Positions 49,599-59,530 of a DNA stretch of 64,000 bases are shown piece by piece (the first letter of the stretch is position 1; each line of letters opens with the position of its first letter). This DNA comes from an uncultured Gemmatimonadales bacterium (lineage in GTDB: Bacteria; Gemmatimonadota; Gemmatimonadetes; Longimicrobiales; RSA9), in assembly GCA_963816355.1 (NCBI GenBank), contig CAWFKH010000001.1, forward strand, positions 320,001 through 384,000, read 5' to 3'. The notes below the pieces were generated by a model. That model did not search any database. It saw only the letters and a program-made list of their open reading frames with translations, and was not told where the DNA came from. The translations under genes and the position numbers were made by a program.

Positions 49599-50981
49599 TC
49601 AGCGCGGCACCGGCAGACCGCTCGGCACGCGCTCGGGGATGAGGCGCGTCAGGTCCCGCGCGGCGGGATCCGTGAGGGCGCGGAGATAGGCGGTGAGCGC
49701 ATCGACGACTTCGGGCTCGAGCACGACGCCCTCGATGATGGGGTCGCGCGTGGCGAGGATGGCGTCGGCGTCGTCGAGGAGGGTGCCCTGCAGGGGCGGC
49801 TCGAGCCGGGACGCGTCGTAGTCGCGCAGCTTTCTGCCGGACTCGCTGTAGTGGTCGACGAATTCGTGCAGGCTCGCGAACTGGCCGGCGTGACCGTAGG
49901 GGCCGGTCAGCTCCACGTTCCGCAGCGGCGTGGTGCGGAAAGCGTAACGGTCGGCGGCACGTCCGCTGAGGCGTTCCCGACCGAAGTCGTCGTCGCCCGC
50001 CGGTCCGTCACCGGCGCTCGGGCCGAATTGCGGCAGGGCGACGTTGTGGAAGGCGCCGTCGGTGAACGCCGGCCCGTCGTGGCACTCCGAGCATCGGATT
50101 TCCATGAAGATGCGGGCGCCCTCGAGCTGTTCCGGGCCCAGCGCGTCGTCATCCCCGGCCAGGAAGCGGTCCCACGGCGAGTCGTCGAACGCGAGCTCCG
50201 CGACGATGAAGCCGGCCATCGCATTCGTCGCAAAGGCGAAGTTCATGCGCTCGAACGGTGTGGCGGGATAGGCGGCTTCAAAGAGCCTGCGGTACTCCGG
50301 GATGCCGCCGAGCCTGCGCATGATCGCGCGCCAGATGCGCCCGGGCTGGCCATCCGGGATCTTCGCCAGCTCGTCGCCGGACGCGCCGCGCATTTCCGCG
50401 CGGGAGAGGACGGGCAGCAGCCCGACCGCCGACAGCGCGCCGAACTCGAACACGCGTTCCATGTCCTCCGTGATCCGCGGACCGACCGAAGCGCGGAAGT
50501 GCCCCTTGTCGTCGGGCGCGATCCGCCCATCCCAGAAGAAGGAGCGCATCAGGTAGAGGTTGAAGAGCGGTGGCGCGTTGCGCGCGACGAAGCGCCCGTC
50601 CGGATGAACGCGCGCCGGGCCGATTCCGGTGGCCCCCTGGCCAATGGCGAGGCGTCTCGCGTCGCCCGTCGCGTAGCGCGGTGCGTGGCAGGTCATGCAC
50701 GCAATGTCGCGGTTTCCGCTCAGGATCGGATCGAACATCAGCGCTCGACCGAGCTCGACGAGTGCGCGACGAACCGGCGGCGGTGGGGGCAGCGCTTCGA
50801 TGCCGCGCCCGGCGGCGAGCGCGCGCACGAGAGAGGCGGCGTCGCTCGTCTCGACGACGCTCGAAGCCCGCTGCGGACCCGCGGGGTCCAGCGGCCGTCG
50901 GTCCGCGCAGCCGCCCGCGACGATGGCCAGCGCCACGGCGAGCGCGCGCATGAAGAAGACAGTCAGAGGTCTTGTGGGCAT
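49599..50981 (-). CDS. Di-haem cytochrome c peroxidase/MauG-family lipoprotein
   Basis: LG..L.FD..LS, CMTCH, RNAP, FWDGR, CSECH, F.T.PLRNV..T.PY.H.G. Confidence 0.92.
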   Translation of the reverse strand: MPTRPLTVFFMRALAVALAIVAGGCADRRPLDPAGPQRASSVVETSDAASLVRALAAGRGIEALPPPPPVRRALVELGRALMFDPILSGNRDIACMTCHAPRYATGDARRLAIGQGATGIGPARVHPDGRFVARNAPPLFNLYLMRSFFWDGRIAPDDKGHFRASVGPRITEDMERVFEFGALSAVGLLPVLSRAEMRGASGDELAKIPDGQPGRIWRAIMRRLGGIPEYRRLFEAAYPATPFERMNFAFATNAMAGFIVAELAFDDSPWDRFLAGDDDALGPEQLEGARIFMEIRCSECHDGPAFTDGAFHNVALPQFGPSAGDGPAGDDDFGRERLSGRAADRYAFRTTPLRNVELTGPYGHAGQFASLHEFVDHYSESGRKLRDYDASRLEPPLQGTLLDDADAILATRDPIIEGVVLEPEVVDALTAYLRALTDPAARDLTRLIPERVPSGLPVPR

Positions 50982-51049
50982 TGTCGCCTCCGGGATAGGC
51001 GGGAATCGGCGGAGGCTCGCCGACGACGCGCCTCCGCCGATCACCGGGC

Positions 51050-51676
51050 TCAGGCCGACGGCGTGCAGACGTTGGTTTCGGGGCTGATCTCGCATTCGCA
51101 CAGGGGCACGTCCGGGTTGAAATTGTCGAACATGCCGTCCTTGTTGTGCTTCCACACCCAGATGTGCGCGATCCAGCCGTCGTGCGCGTCATTGAACGTC
51201 ATCGGGGCGCCGATCCCTTCCACGCTCGGTGCGGGGGCGTCCTTGGAAAGGGCCGTGGCGGGGATGAAGTAGTCGAAGGCGACCATCCTCGCGTGGCCGC
51301 TCGCCGGGTTGGAATCGTAGACGATCAGTTCCGGCTCGAGGAGGGAGGCGTGGTCGTCCAGGAGCGTCGGGTTCAGCGTGTGATACCCCATGCCGCGCGC
51401 CTGGGAGGCGGTGAGCCCTTCGGTACGCTCGTCCGAGCACCCCACGTCCACGGTGTAGCCGTCGGCTTCCGCCGTCGCGCGGTTGTGCCAGCTCGCCGTC
51501 CGGCTGCGCAGCGCGGCGAGGGCCTGATCGACGGATGCCGGAGAGATCGATCCCGCCAGGGCGGAAGCGGAAGGGGCGGCGACTTCGGACGGCGTCGGGT
51601 CGTCCGCCGTGCATCCCGCGAACGCGAGCAGGGTGCATACGGCGGCCAGATGTCGTGCGTGTGCAGAGGGGGACAT
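51050..51676 (-). CDS. Hypothetical lipoprotein (GMGYH / PE..VY / H.WVWK.N..G.F..FNP motifs)
   Basis: GGAGG RBS; lipobox FAGC; His/Trp/Cys motifs. Confidence 0.75.
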   Translation of the reverse strand: MSPSAHARHLAAVCTLLAFAGCTADDPTPSEVAAPSASALAGSISPASVDQALAALRSRTASWHNRATAEADGYTVDVGCSDERTEGLTASQARGMGYHTLNPTLLDDHASLLEPELIVYDSNPASGHARMVAFDYFIPATALSKDAPAPSVEGIGAPMTFNDAHDGWIAHIWVWKHNKDGMFDNFNPDVPLCECEISPETNVCTPSA

Positions 51677-51882
51677 GAACGACCTCCGTGCGTGGGAAGG
51701 GAAAACTGGAGCGGAGCGGATCGATATTGCTCCACCCGTGGTGTGCGACTACGTTGCAAAGGAGCGGTCAATTATCGATCAGCCCTCGCTCAACGGCGGT
51801 TGATTCGGTGGTCGACCCTGCCGGTCCACGATCCGGCATTGCTCCGGCTTCGGCTGGCGCCTCCTCGGATGTCACCTCTGGC

Positions 51883-54249
51883 ATGATCTCCTTCAGAGTC
51901 TTCGGCGGTGCATCGCTCGAGAGCGATGGCGAGGCGCTGAGTGGTCCCGCCACGCAGCGGCACCGGTTGGCCCTGCTGGCCCTCCTGTGCGTTTCCCACC
52001 CGCGTCCGCTCAGCCGCGACAAGCTGATGGGATACCTCTGGCCGGAGCGCGACGCCCGGTACGCACGAAAGCTGCTGAACCAGGCCGTGCACGTGCTGCG
52101 AAAGGTGCTCGGTGACGGCGCGATCCTCTCGGCCGGGGACGAGCTGCTGCTCGGCTCACCGCCCCTGCAGTGCGACGTCCTCGCCTTCGAGGACGCCCTC
52201 GCCGCAGGCGATCGGGAGCGGGCCGCCGTCCTCCATTCAGGTCCTCTGCTGGACGGCTTCTTTCTCGGCGAGGCGCCCGAATTCGAGCGCTGGGTCGATC
52301 AGGAGCGCGGGCGCCTCCGCAGGGCGTGGCGGAGCGCGCTGGCGGAGCTGGGCAGGGAGAAGCTCGCCGCTGGCGATGCCGCCGGCGCCGGTGAGTGCTG
52401 GCGGCGCCTGCTCGTCGACGACCCGTACGACGCCACGGCCACGGCCGGGCTCATGGAGGCGCTGGAGTCCCTCGGCGACCGGGCCGGCGCCATCCGTCAG
52501 GGGCGGCTGCACGAGCTGCTCATCCGCGAGGAGTTCGGCGCCGAGCCGGATCCCGAAGTGCGTGCACTGGCCGACCGCATTCGCGCCGGATCGGGCATTC
52601 GCGCCGGATCGGGCGACGGCGCCCCGTCCGTTGCAGTGGCGGAAGAGATCGCCGGTGAGGACGTCGGCGGCGAGGACGTCGGTGGCGCAGAGGCGGGCGG
52701 TTCTACCGGCGCCGTCGCTTCGGAGCGCTCCCTGTCATGGAGGTGGATGGGGGTGTTGGCCGCAGCGCTGGTCGTGCTGGCGACGATCGCCTGGGGGTCG
52801 ACGCGGACCTTCTCCGCGAAGCGCGCCGTGATCAGGCGCATCGCCGTTCTTCCTCTGGCGAACCTCACGGGTGACCCCCAGCAGGCCTACTTCGTGGCGG
52901 GAATGCACGACGCGCTGATCTCGGAACTGGCCAAGGTCGGCGCGCTGACCGTCTACTCGCGCCAGTCGGTGCTCCGCTACGCGGGCAGCGACCGGCCTCT
53001 GCCGGACATCGCGAAGGAGCTGGGCGTCGACGCCGTCGTGGAAGGCGCCGTCTTCAAGAGCGGCGACAGCGTCCGCATCAGCGTACAGCTCGTGCGCGCG
53101 CAGCCGGAGCAGCACCTGATCTCCGAGACGTTCACCGGACCGCTGGACCGCGCTTTGACGTTGCAGGGCACGGTAGCACGAGCCGTCGCCGATGCCACGC
53201 GGGCGCGCGTAACGCCCGAGGTGCGGGCGCGCCTGGCGAGCGGTCGGTCGGTCGATCCCGGCGCCCAGGACGCCTACCTGTCGGGGCTGTACCACCTGCA
53301 GCACGCCACGTACGGCCAGGCCCTGCCGGCCGCCGACCAGGAGGCCGAGATCCGGCGGGCGATCGCGGAGCTGGAGGAAGCCGTGGCGCTGGATTCCACG
53401 TGGGCCGCGGCGTATGCCAGGCTCGCGCTCGCCGACCACTGGCTGGCGAACTACCCCGGGGCCGGAGACGAGTACTTCCGGAAATCGAAGGCCGCGGCCC
53501 TGCGGGCGCTCGAGCTCGACGACGAGGAGCCGCAAGCCTACGCCTCGCTCGCGTACGTACGGCTCGAGTACGAAAGGGACTGGGCGGGAGCGGAGCGGGC
53601 GATCCGGCGGGCGAACGAGCTCGACCCGAACTCGCACCACTGGATCTACGCGATCTACCTGATGTCCGCCGGCCGGCTCGACGAGGCGCTCGCAGAATAC
53701 CGCAAGGCGGAGGAGCGGGATCCGGCTTCCGACCTGCTGAAGTCCCAGATCGCAGACACCTACGCGTGCGCCGGCCGGTACGACGAGGCGCTGGCGGAGG
53801 CGAGAGAGTTGCACGCCCGCGTCAGCGCGCCCGACACCGCCGCCGTGGTCGGAAGCACGCGCTGGCTGCTGCGCTTCATGGCCGTGCAATACTCCTTCGC
53901 GGGGGCCCACGACGAGGCGATCGACGCTGGCGAACGACTGCTCGCCCTCACCGATACCGCCACCGCCGCGCCCTGGCTGGCCTTCGCCCTGGCGAAGGCC
54001 GGGCGGCGCGACGAAGCGCGATCGCTGATCGCGCGTCTGGACCCGAGCTGGGCTCGAGGGTTCGGCGACGGCCAGACCTACGTCTACGCCGCGCTCGGCG
54101 ACACGGATCGCGCCGTCGACGCCGCCACGCGGGTGATCCGCTTCATCGGCCGAGAAGTGGTAGCGCTGCGATGCTGGGATGCGTATCCGCTGGTGCGCGA
54201 CGACCCCCGAGTCCAGGAGCTGCTGAGGCCGGTCGGCTTTCCGAACTGA
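51883..54249 (+). CDS. BTAD (SARP-like) activator - TM - TolB-like/TPR one-component regulator
   Basis: LALLA.L, SRDKL...LWPE, GP.LDGF, FE.W...ER, FG.EP; TM helix; IAVLPL.N, G....LI..L; TPR helices. Confidence 0.88.
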   Translation: MISFRVFGGASLESDGEALSGPATQRHRLALLALLCVSHPRPLSRDKLMGYLWPERDARYARKLLNQAVHVLRKVLGDGAILSAGDELLLGSPPLQCDVLAFEDALAAGDRERAAVLHSGPLLDGFFLGEAPEFERWVDQERGRLRRAWRSALAELGREKLAAGDAAGAGECWRRLLVDDPYDATATAGLMEALESLGDRAGAIRQGRLHELLIREEFGAEPDPEVRALADRIRAGSGIRAGSGDGAPSVAVAEEIAGEDVGGEDVGGAEAGGSTGAVASERSLSWRWMGVLAAALVVLATIAWGSTRTFSAKRAVIRRIAVLPLANLTGDPQQAYFVAGMHDALISELAKVGALTVYSRQSVLRYAGSDRPLPDIAKELGVDAVVEGAVFKSGDSVRISVQLVRAQPEQHLISETFTGPLDRALTLQGTVARAVADATRARVTPEVRARLASGRSVDPGAQDAYLSGLYHLQHATYGQALPAADQEAEIRRAIAELEEAVALDSTWAAAYARLALADHWLANYPGAGDEYFRKSKAAALRALELDDEEPQAYASLAYVRLEYERDWAGAERAIRRANELDPNSHHWIYAIYLMSAGRLDEALAEYRKAEERDPASDLLKSQIADTYACAGRYDEALAEARELHARVSAPDTAAVVGSTRWLLRFMAVQYSFAGAHDEAIDAGERLLALTDTATAAPWLAFALAKAGRRDEARSLIARLDPSWARGFGDGQTYVYAALGDTDRAVDAATRVIRFIGREVVALRCWDAYPLVRDDPRVQELLRPVGFPN

Positions 54250-54387
54250 GCCGCACGGCGAGCCGTTCGCGCCGCTGAATCGCCGGCGCTGGCAGGGAGG
54301 ACGACCGGGTGGATGCGAGCACTTGTCCCGCGCGCGCCGCCGTAATAGGCTCGGATGTTCACCCTCCCCCTCCACGCGGGAAAGACC

Positions 54388-54846
54388 ATGGCCGCGATCA
54401 CCCTCCGCATCAACGGTCGCAACCGCGACCTCGCCGTCCAGCCCGACATGCCCCTGCTCTGGGTACTCCGCGACGCCGCCGGCCTGACCGGCACGAAGTT
54501 CGGCTGCGGCATCGGCGCGTGCGGCGCCTGCACGGTTCACCTCGACGGCAAGCCGGTGCGCTCGTGCCGCACCGCGGTGTCCGAGGTCGGAGCGCGGGCG
54601 ATCACCACGATCGAGGGCCTCTCGGCCGACGTGACGCACGCGGTCCAGAAGGCGTGGATCGCCGAGGAGGTGCCGCAGTGCGGCTACTGCCAGTCGGGGC
54701 AGATCATGTCCGCCGCCGCGCTGCTCGCCGCGAACGGGAGGCCGAGCGACGCCGACATCGACAAGGCGATGTCGGGCAACATCTGCCGGTGCGGGACGTA
54801 CGACCGCATCCGGCGCGCGATCCACCGCGCCGCGCGGGAGGGCTGA
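54388..54846 (+). CDS. (2Fe-2S) subunit of isoquinoline-1-oxidoreductase-like enzyme (IorA-like)
   Basis: [34 protein letters not shown]. Confidence 0.95.
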   Translation: MAAITLRINGRNRDLAVQPDMPLLWVLRDAAGLTGTKFGCGIGACGACTVHLDGKPVRSCRTAVSEVGARAITTIEGLSADVTHAVQKAWIAEEVPQCGYCQSGQIMSAAALLAANGRPSDADIDKAMSGNICRCGTYDRIRRAIHRAAREG

Positions 54847-54849
54847 GCC

Positions 54850-56979
54850 ATGGCGAAGATCTCGAAGCTCGATCGGCGCGACTTCATCAAGGTGACGGCG
54901 CTGGCGGGCGGCGGCCTGGCGCTCGGCGTCTACTTCCCCGGTCTGGCGCGGCGGGACGACGAGCGGACCGGCGCCGCGGCGCCCCTCCAGCCCAACGCGT
55001 TCGTGCGCATCGAGGCGGATGGCACGGTGACGATCTGGTCGGCGCGGTCCGACATGGGCCAGGGCGTGCGCACGGCGATGCCGATGATCGTCGCCGAGGA
55101 GCTGGACGCCGACTGGAGCACCGTGCGCATCCTGCAGGCGGACGCTCACCCGACGCAGTACGGCCGCATGATGACCGTCGGCAGCTCCAGCGTGCGAGGC
55201 CACGCGTGGATGGCGCTGCGTCAGGCGGGCGCCACCGCGCGCGCGATGCTGGTGGCCGCGGCGGCCGCCCGGTGGGGCGTGCCGGCGGGCGCGTGTCGCA
55301 CCGAGAACGGCCGCGTGTTCCACGACGCGTCGAAGCGGTCGCTTTCCTACGGCGACGTCGCCGACGCGGCATCCGCGCTGCCCGTTCCGGCGGAGCCGCG
55401 GCTCAAGGAGGCGAAGGACTTCAAGCTGATCGGCAAGCGGATCCCGCTGGTCGACACGAAGGAGAAGGTGTCGGGCCGCGCCGCCTACGGCATCGACGCG
55501 CGCGTCCCCGGCATGCTGTTCGCCACCGTGGTGCATCCGCCGGCGTTCGGCGACTCGGTGCGCTCGTTCGACGACGCGAAGGCGCGCGCGGTGCCCGGCG
55601 TGAAGGACGTCGTCCGGATCTCGAGCGGTGTCGCGGTCGTCGCCGAAGACACGTGGGCGGCAATCAAGGGCGCGCGCGCGCTCGCGGTCGAGTGGCAGAG
55701 CGGCGGCTTCGCGATGAACAGCGACGACATCTTTCAGAGCCTCGCGCAACTCGCGCAGAAAGCGGGCCTCGAGGCGCGCAATGAAGGCGACGTCGACGCG
55801 GCGCTGTCGGCGGCGTCGCGTCGCGTCGCCGCGACCTACCGGGCACCGTACCTCGCCCACGCCACCATGGAGCCGATGAACTGCACGGCGGACGTGCGCG
55901 CCGACCGCTGCGAGATCTGGGCGCCGACGCAGAACCCGCAGGGAACGCAGCACACGGCCGCGCAGCTTACCGGCCTGCCGATCGAGAAGGTCACCGTGCA
56001 CGTGCAGTACCTGGGGTGCGGCTGGGGCCGGCGCTCGCGCACGGATTTCGTCGAGGACGCGGTCGAGACGTCGAAGGCGATCGGCGCGCCGGTGCAGGTG
56101 CTATGGACGCGGGAAGAGGACATGCAGCACGACCAGTACCGGCCGGCGGCGCACGTCGAGTTCCAGGGTGCGCTGGACGCGCGCGGCCGGGTGACGGCGC
56201 TCCACGCGCGGATCGCCACGCCCCCGATTTCCGGGCGGGGCGATGGCGTGGATCGCGCGGCCGTGGACGCCATCGCGAACACGCCGTACGGGATCGAGAG
56301 CCTGCGCGTCGACTACGGCCGGCCCGACATCGCGGTCCCGGTCGGGTACTGGCGCTCCGTCGGTCCGTCGCAGAACGCGTTCTTCATCGAGAGCTTCATC
56401 GACGAGCTGGCGGACGCGGCCCATCGCGACCCGCTCGACGTGCGGCTCGAGCTGCTGTCGGACGCGCCGCGGCTGAAGCACGTGCTCGAGGTGGCCGCCG
56501 AGCGCTCGGCGTGGCGGACGCCGGCGCCCGCGGGTCGGGCGCGCGGCCTTGCCGTCGCCGAGCTCGACGGCTCCTATGTCGCCGAAGTCGCCGAGGTGTC
56601 GCTGGAGGACGGCCGCCCGCGCGTCCACAAGGTCTGGTGCGTGGCCGACTGCGGCCGCGTCATGCACCCGGGCATCGTCGAGGCGCAGCTCATGGGCGCG
56701 ATCATCGGCGGCCTCACCGCTGCGCTGTACGGCGAGATCACGATCGAGAACGGACGGACCCGGCAGCGGAACTTCAACGACTACCGCATGGTGCGGATGA
56801 GGGAGGCGCCGGAGTACGACATCGTCCTCGTCGACAGCGAAGAGGAGCCGGGCGGAGCGGGCGAGCCGGGCGTGCCGCAGATCGCTCCGGCGGTGGCGAA
56901 CGCGATCTACCGCCTGACGGGCACGCGCGTGCGGACGCTGCCGATCCGCCTGGAGACGCGCGCCACGATCGGAGCGTAG
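54850..56979 (+). CDS. Xanthine dehydrogenase-family molybdopterin subunit (IorB-like), Tat-exported
   Basis: RRDFIK; MGQG..T, AEELD, HATMEP.N, G.G.GR, G.WRSV, GG.GEP.VP..APA..NA. Confidence 0.93.
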   Translation: MAKISKLDRRDFIKVTALAGGGLALGVYFPGLARRDDERTGAAAPLQPNAFVRIEADGTVTIWSARSDMGQGVRTAMPMIVAEELDADWSTVRILQADAHPTQYGRMMTVGSSSVRGHAWMALRQAGATARAMLVAAAAARWGVPAGACRTENGRVFHDASKRSLSYGDVADAASALPVPAEPRLKEAKDFKLIGKRIPLVDTKEKVSGRAAYGIDARVPGMLFATVVHPPAFGDSVRSFDDAKARAVPGVKDVVRISSGVAVVAEDTWAAIKGARALAVEWQSGGFAMNSDDIFQSLAQLAQKAGLEARNEGDVDAALSAASRRVAATYRAPYLAHATMEPMNCTADVRADRCEIWAPTQNPQGTQHTAAQLTGLPIEKVTVHVQYLGCGWGRRSRTDFVEDAVETSKAIGAPVQVLWTREEDMQHDQYRPAAHVEFQGALDARGRVTALHARIATPPISGRGDGVDRAAVDAIANTPYGIESLRVDYGRPDIAVPVGYWRSVGPSQNAFFIESFIDELADAAHRDPLDVRLELLSDAPRLKHVLEVAAERSAWRTPAPAGRARGLAVAELDGSYVAEVAEVSLEDGRPRVHKVWCVADCGRVMHPGIVEAQLMGAIIGGLTAALYGEITIENGRTRQRNFNDYRMVRMREAPEYDIVLVDSEEEPGGAGEPGVPQIAPAVANAIYRLTGTRVRTLPIRLETRATIGA

Positions 56980-57024
56980 CCGGCCGCGGACGCTATCCAG
57001 AGTTCGCCTACCCCGAAAAAGCCA

Positions 57025-57056
57025 AGGGGCGGCGCCGGAAGGCGCCGCCCCTCTTT
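57025..57056. terminator. Intrinsic terminator hairpin between convergent genes
   Basis: AGGGGCGGCGCC-GGAA-GGCGCCGCCCCT followed by CTTT. Confidence 0.8.
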
Positions 57057-57077
57057 CATCGATCGAGCGTGGCTCGG

Positions 57078-58139
57078 TCAGTCACCGCAGTGCGGAGGTC
57101 CGCCGGCGGCGAGCCCGTTGTTGAAGGTGTCCAGCGTCCCGGCCAGCGCGATGACCTGGTCGCGTGTGAAGGACGTGCCGTTGAAGTAGTCCGTGGCATC
57201 GCTCAGCGCGTCCGCCACCTCGGCCGTCGTGCTCGCGCCGCTGGCGACGTTCAGCTCCGCCGCGATGTACTGGTGGGCGAGGATCAGGAACTCGTTGCCG
57301 TGCCGCGGCGGCGTGTTGAGGATGTCGATCCAGCTGTCACCGCCGAAGAAGGAGGCGTCCGGATCGAACCCGGCGGGCCAGTCCTCCTCGTGGTTCTTCC
57401 AGAACCCCTGCGTCAGCGTGCAGCCGACCGTTTCCGTGAAGGAGGTCGTCGCGGACTTCACGACGTAGTCGTTGTCCACGCTCGCGCCTCCGTTCGGATC
57501 CTTCCGGAACTCGATGACGAGGTTCGCCGTCGGCAGGCCGATCGTCAGCACCGCGTTCGGATCGCTGTCGCTCCCCTGATCCGAAACGTTGGTGAACGCG
57601 GAGAAGGTCGTGCCGCCGTCGGTCGAGATCCGGTACGAATAGCCCTCAGTGGCCTGAAGCGAGCCGATGTCGATCTCGTCGAGCATGGATCCGGCGGGCA
57701 GCACGCCGCTGAAGTCCAGCCGCAGCGTGCCGTCGCCGCCGTCGCCGACCTCGTCGCCGTCGGCGGGGAACGTGCACGTGGCGTCCCCCGTCAGGCAGAG
57801 GCCGAGCCCCCGCTCCGTCGCGCCCACGGCGAGCGACATCCCCTTCACCGTGATGTGCTCACCCGCGCCGCCCGTCGAGCCGTCGATCGACCCATTGCCG
57901 GTGATCGAGAACGTCTCGGTGGTCCCGAGATCCGCCGGATCCGGGCTCGTCGGATACATCGCGGCGAAGTCCCACAGAACCGTCGTCACCGACGCCGGCG
58001 TGAGATCCGCCAGTGCCGGCTGCGTCGCAGCCGCCGTCGGGGCGACGGGGTTTCTCTGGGACTCGCTGCAGCCGGCGAGAAGGGCCGCCGCAGCCAGGAT
58101 ACAGCCGCCGACCGCGCCGTGTAGTCGTGATCTCCGCAT
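57078..58139 (-). CDS. Acidic Thr/Gly-rich lipoprotein with C-terminal GCT.TQGFWKNH domain
   Basis: GGAGG RBS; lipobox LAGC; GCTLTQGFWKNH...W, LA.Q.IAA.LN...G, LD.FNNG motifs. Confidence 0.75.
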   Translation of the reverse strand: MRRSRLHGAVGGCILAAAALLAGCSESQRNPVAPTAAATQPALADLTPASVTTVLWDFAAMYPTSPDPADLGTTETFSITGNGSIDGSTGGAGEHITVKGMSLAVGATERGLGLCLTGDATCTFPADGDEVGDGGDGTLRLDFSGVLPAGSMLDEIDIGSLQATEGYSYRISTDGGTTFSAFTNVSDQGSDSDPNAVLTIGLPTANLVIEFRKDPNGGASVDNDYVVKSATTSFTETVGCTLTQGFWKNHEEDWPAGFDPDASFFGGDSWIDILNTPPRHGNEFLILAHQYIAAELNVASGASTTAEVADALSDATDYFNGTSFTRDQVIALAGTLDTFNNGLAAGGPPHCGD

Positions 58140-58206
58140 GCCATGCCTCCATTGAACGGAAAATACCAGGATGTCTTCGGGGTGCGCCGCGAACTACGCT
58201 ACCCAA

Positions 58207-58223
58207 TGCACGAGCCATTCCAA
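58207..58223 (-). promoter_or_regulatory. Putative sigma-54 promoter
   Basis: TTGGAATGGCTCGTGCA (GG-N10-GC) about 70 nt upstream of 58139. Confidence 0.55.
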
Positions 58224-58446
58224 TACCGTCCATCGGCATGATTGCATGCGCAGCGCCCGCATCCAGATCGTCGGTCTCCGGTCAATGTCGCGCGGGCGCA
58301 TCGGTACGTCGCGCGTGCGCATCGCCTTGATGCGGCGCTGCAACTCCTGGCCCGCCAGGAAGGCGGCGCGGTGGCGTACACACATGCGCGTACCACGGGC
58401 CACGCTTCCGAAGGGCGTGCGGCTCCGCTGTTCTGGAAGGACTGGC

Positions 58447-59151
58447 TCAGAAGGGGCCGATGCGGACGCCGATGAGGGGGAGGGCATCGGCCTGCAAGCG
58501 TCGCTGTCCGCCTGCTCCCTGGACCTCGTCGAAGCGGTAGGTGCTGACGATGCCGTGGATTTCCGCGGTGAAGGTCACGGGACCGGCATCCAGTTCGAGG
58601 CCCGCGCCGGCTCGGCCGGCCAGCGCCGTGGACGCGCTGAGCTGCGGCCCGGCGGAAGCCGTGGGGCTGAACCGGTAGGTTCGTATGCCGAGGGCGGCGA
58701 GGGCGAACGGACGGAGGGGTCCACCTCGCGGCATGAGGGTGAGACCGGCAGTGGCGAGCGCCATGCTGGCGTCGAAGGTGCTCTCCTGGCCGTCGAGGCG
58801 GACGGGGAGGGTGGGCGCGTAGTCGAAGGCCACGCGCCCTGAGACGATCGACGCGGCGCTCTGCCAGGTGACGGCCGCGCCGAAGAGTGCGCCTGCCTCG
58901 AGTTCGGCGAGCACGGCAGAGGGAGGGCTGCCGGCGGTCTGAGTGGAGATCGGGGCGTCGCCGAGCGCTCGCCCGGGCAGGAAGACGCCTGCCCGGGGCG
59001 TGATCGTGAACCCGGGACGACGCATCTGTGCCTGGCCCGGACTGGCGGAGACGAAGCAAGTCAGTACGACCAAAGAGGACGGCCCCAGGCTTCGGGCCAG
59101 ACTTCTGATCATCAGCGACCTCCGCAACGGGAACGAGGGCAGATCTCGCAT
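58447..59151 (-). CDS. Outer-membrane beta-barrel protein (8-strand type)
   Basis: Signal peptide (GQAQ); TPRAG, RPF..A.LG...Y, G.AGAG.E; terminal Phe; alternative start 59112. Confidence 0.7.
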   Translation of the reverse strand: MRDLPSFPLRRSLMIRSLARSLGPSSLVVLTCFVSASPGQAQMRRPGFTITPRAGVFLPGRALGDAPISTQTAGSPPSAVLAELEAGALFGAAVTWQSAASIVSGRVAFDYAPTLPVRLDGQESTFDASMALATAGLTLMPRGGPLRPFALAALGIRTYRFSPTASAGPQLSASTALAGRAGAGLELDAGPVTFTAEIHGIVSTYRFDEVQGAGGQRRLQADALPLIGVRIGPF

Positions 59152-59530
59152 CGAGGCGCACCTCCGTGATGAACGAGCCGCGGCAGGAGTTTATGACGGC
59201 AGGTCGCGCCGTTCAGCGGCAGCATCCCCCGATCCGTGCTCGCTGTCGGCTGCAGCGCGGCGTCCAGGGGGTCGACTCCTTCGTTGACGGCAAAGCGCCC
59301 CCTCGCCGGACCCATCCCGGCGCGGGGCACACTGGACGGCTCCGAGAGCGGTCAACTCCGCCCCTCGCCCGAGCCCGCAGCGGCGCGGGGTCATTGCGAC
59401 CGCGCCCCGCGCGGTCCGACCTGCCCCGGCCCAGAAATGGCGGCCGGCGGGGCTGAATTGCCGGCGATCACGGACGGCGCGGAGCGGCCGCCGAGCGGGT
59501 TCGCCGTGCGGAGCCGGTGAATCCCCGCCT

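Noticed and set aside
52735..56001. 1088-aa minus-strand ORF
   Set aside because: Antisense shadow of the BTAD, IorA and IorB genes.
59160..59530. Structured RNA in the long intergenic region
   Set aside because: GC-rich pairing is possible but I recognise no riboswitch or ncRNA consensus.
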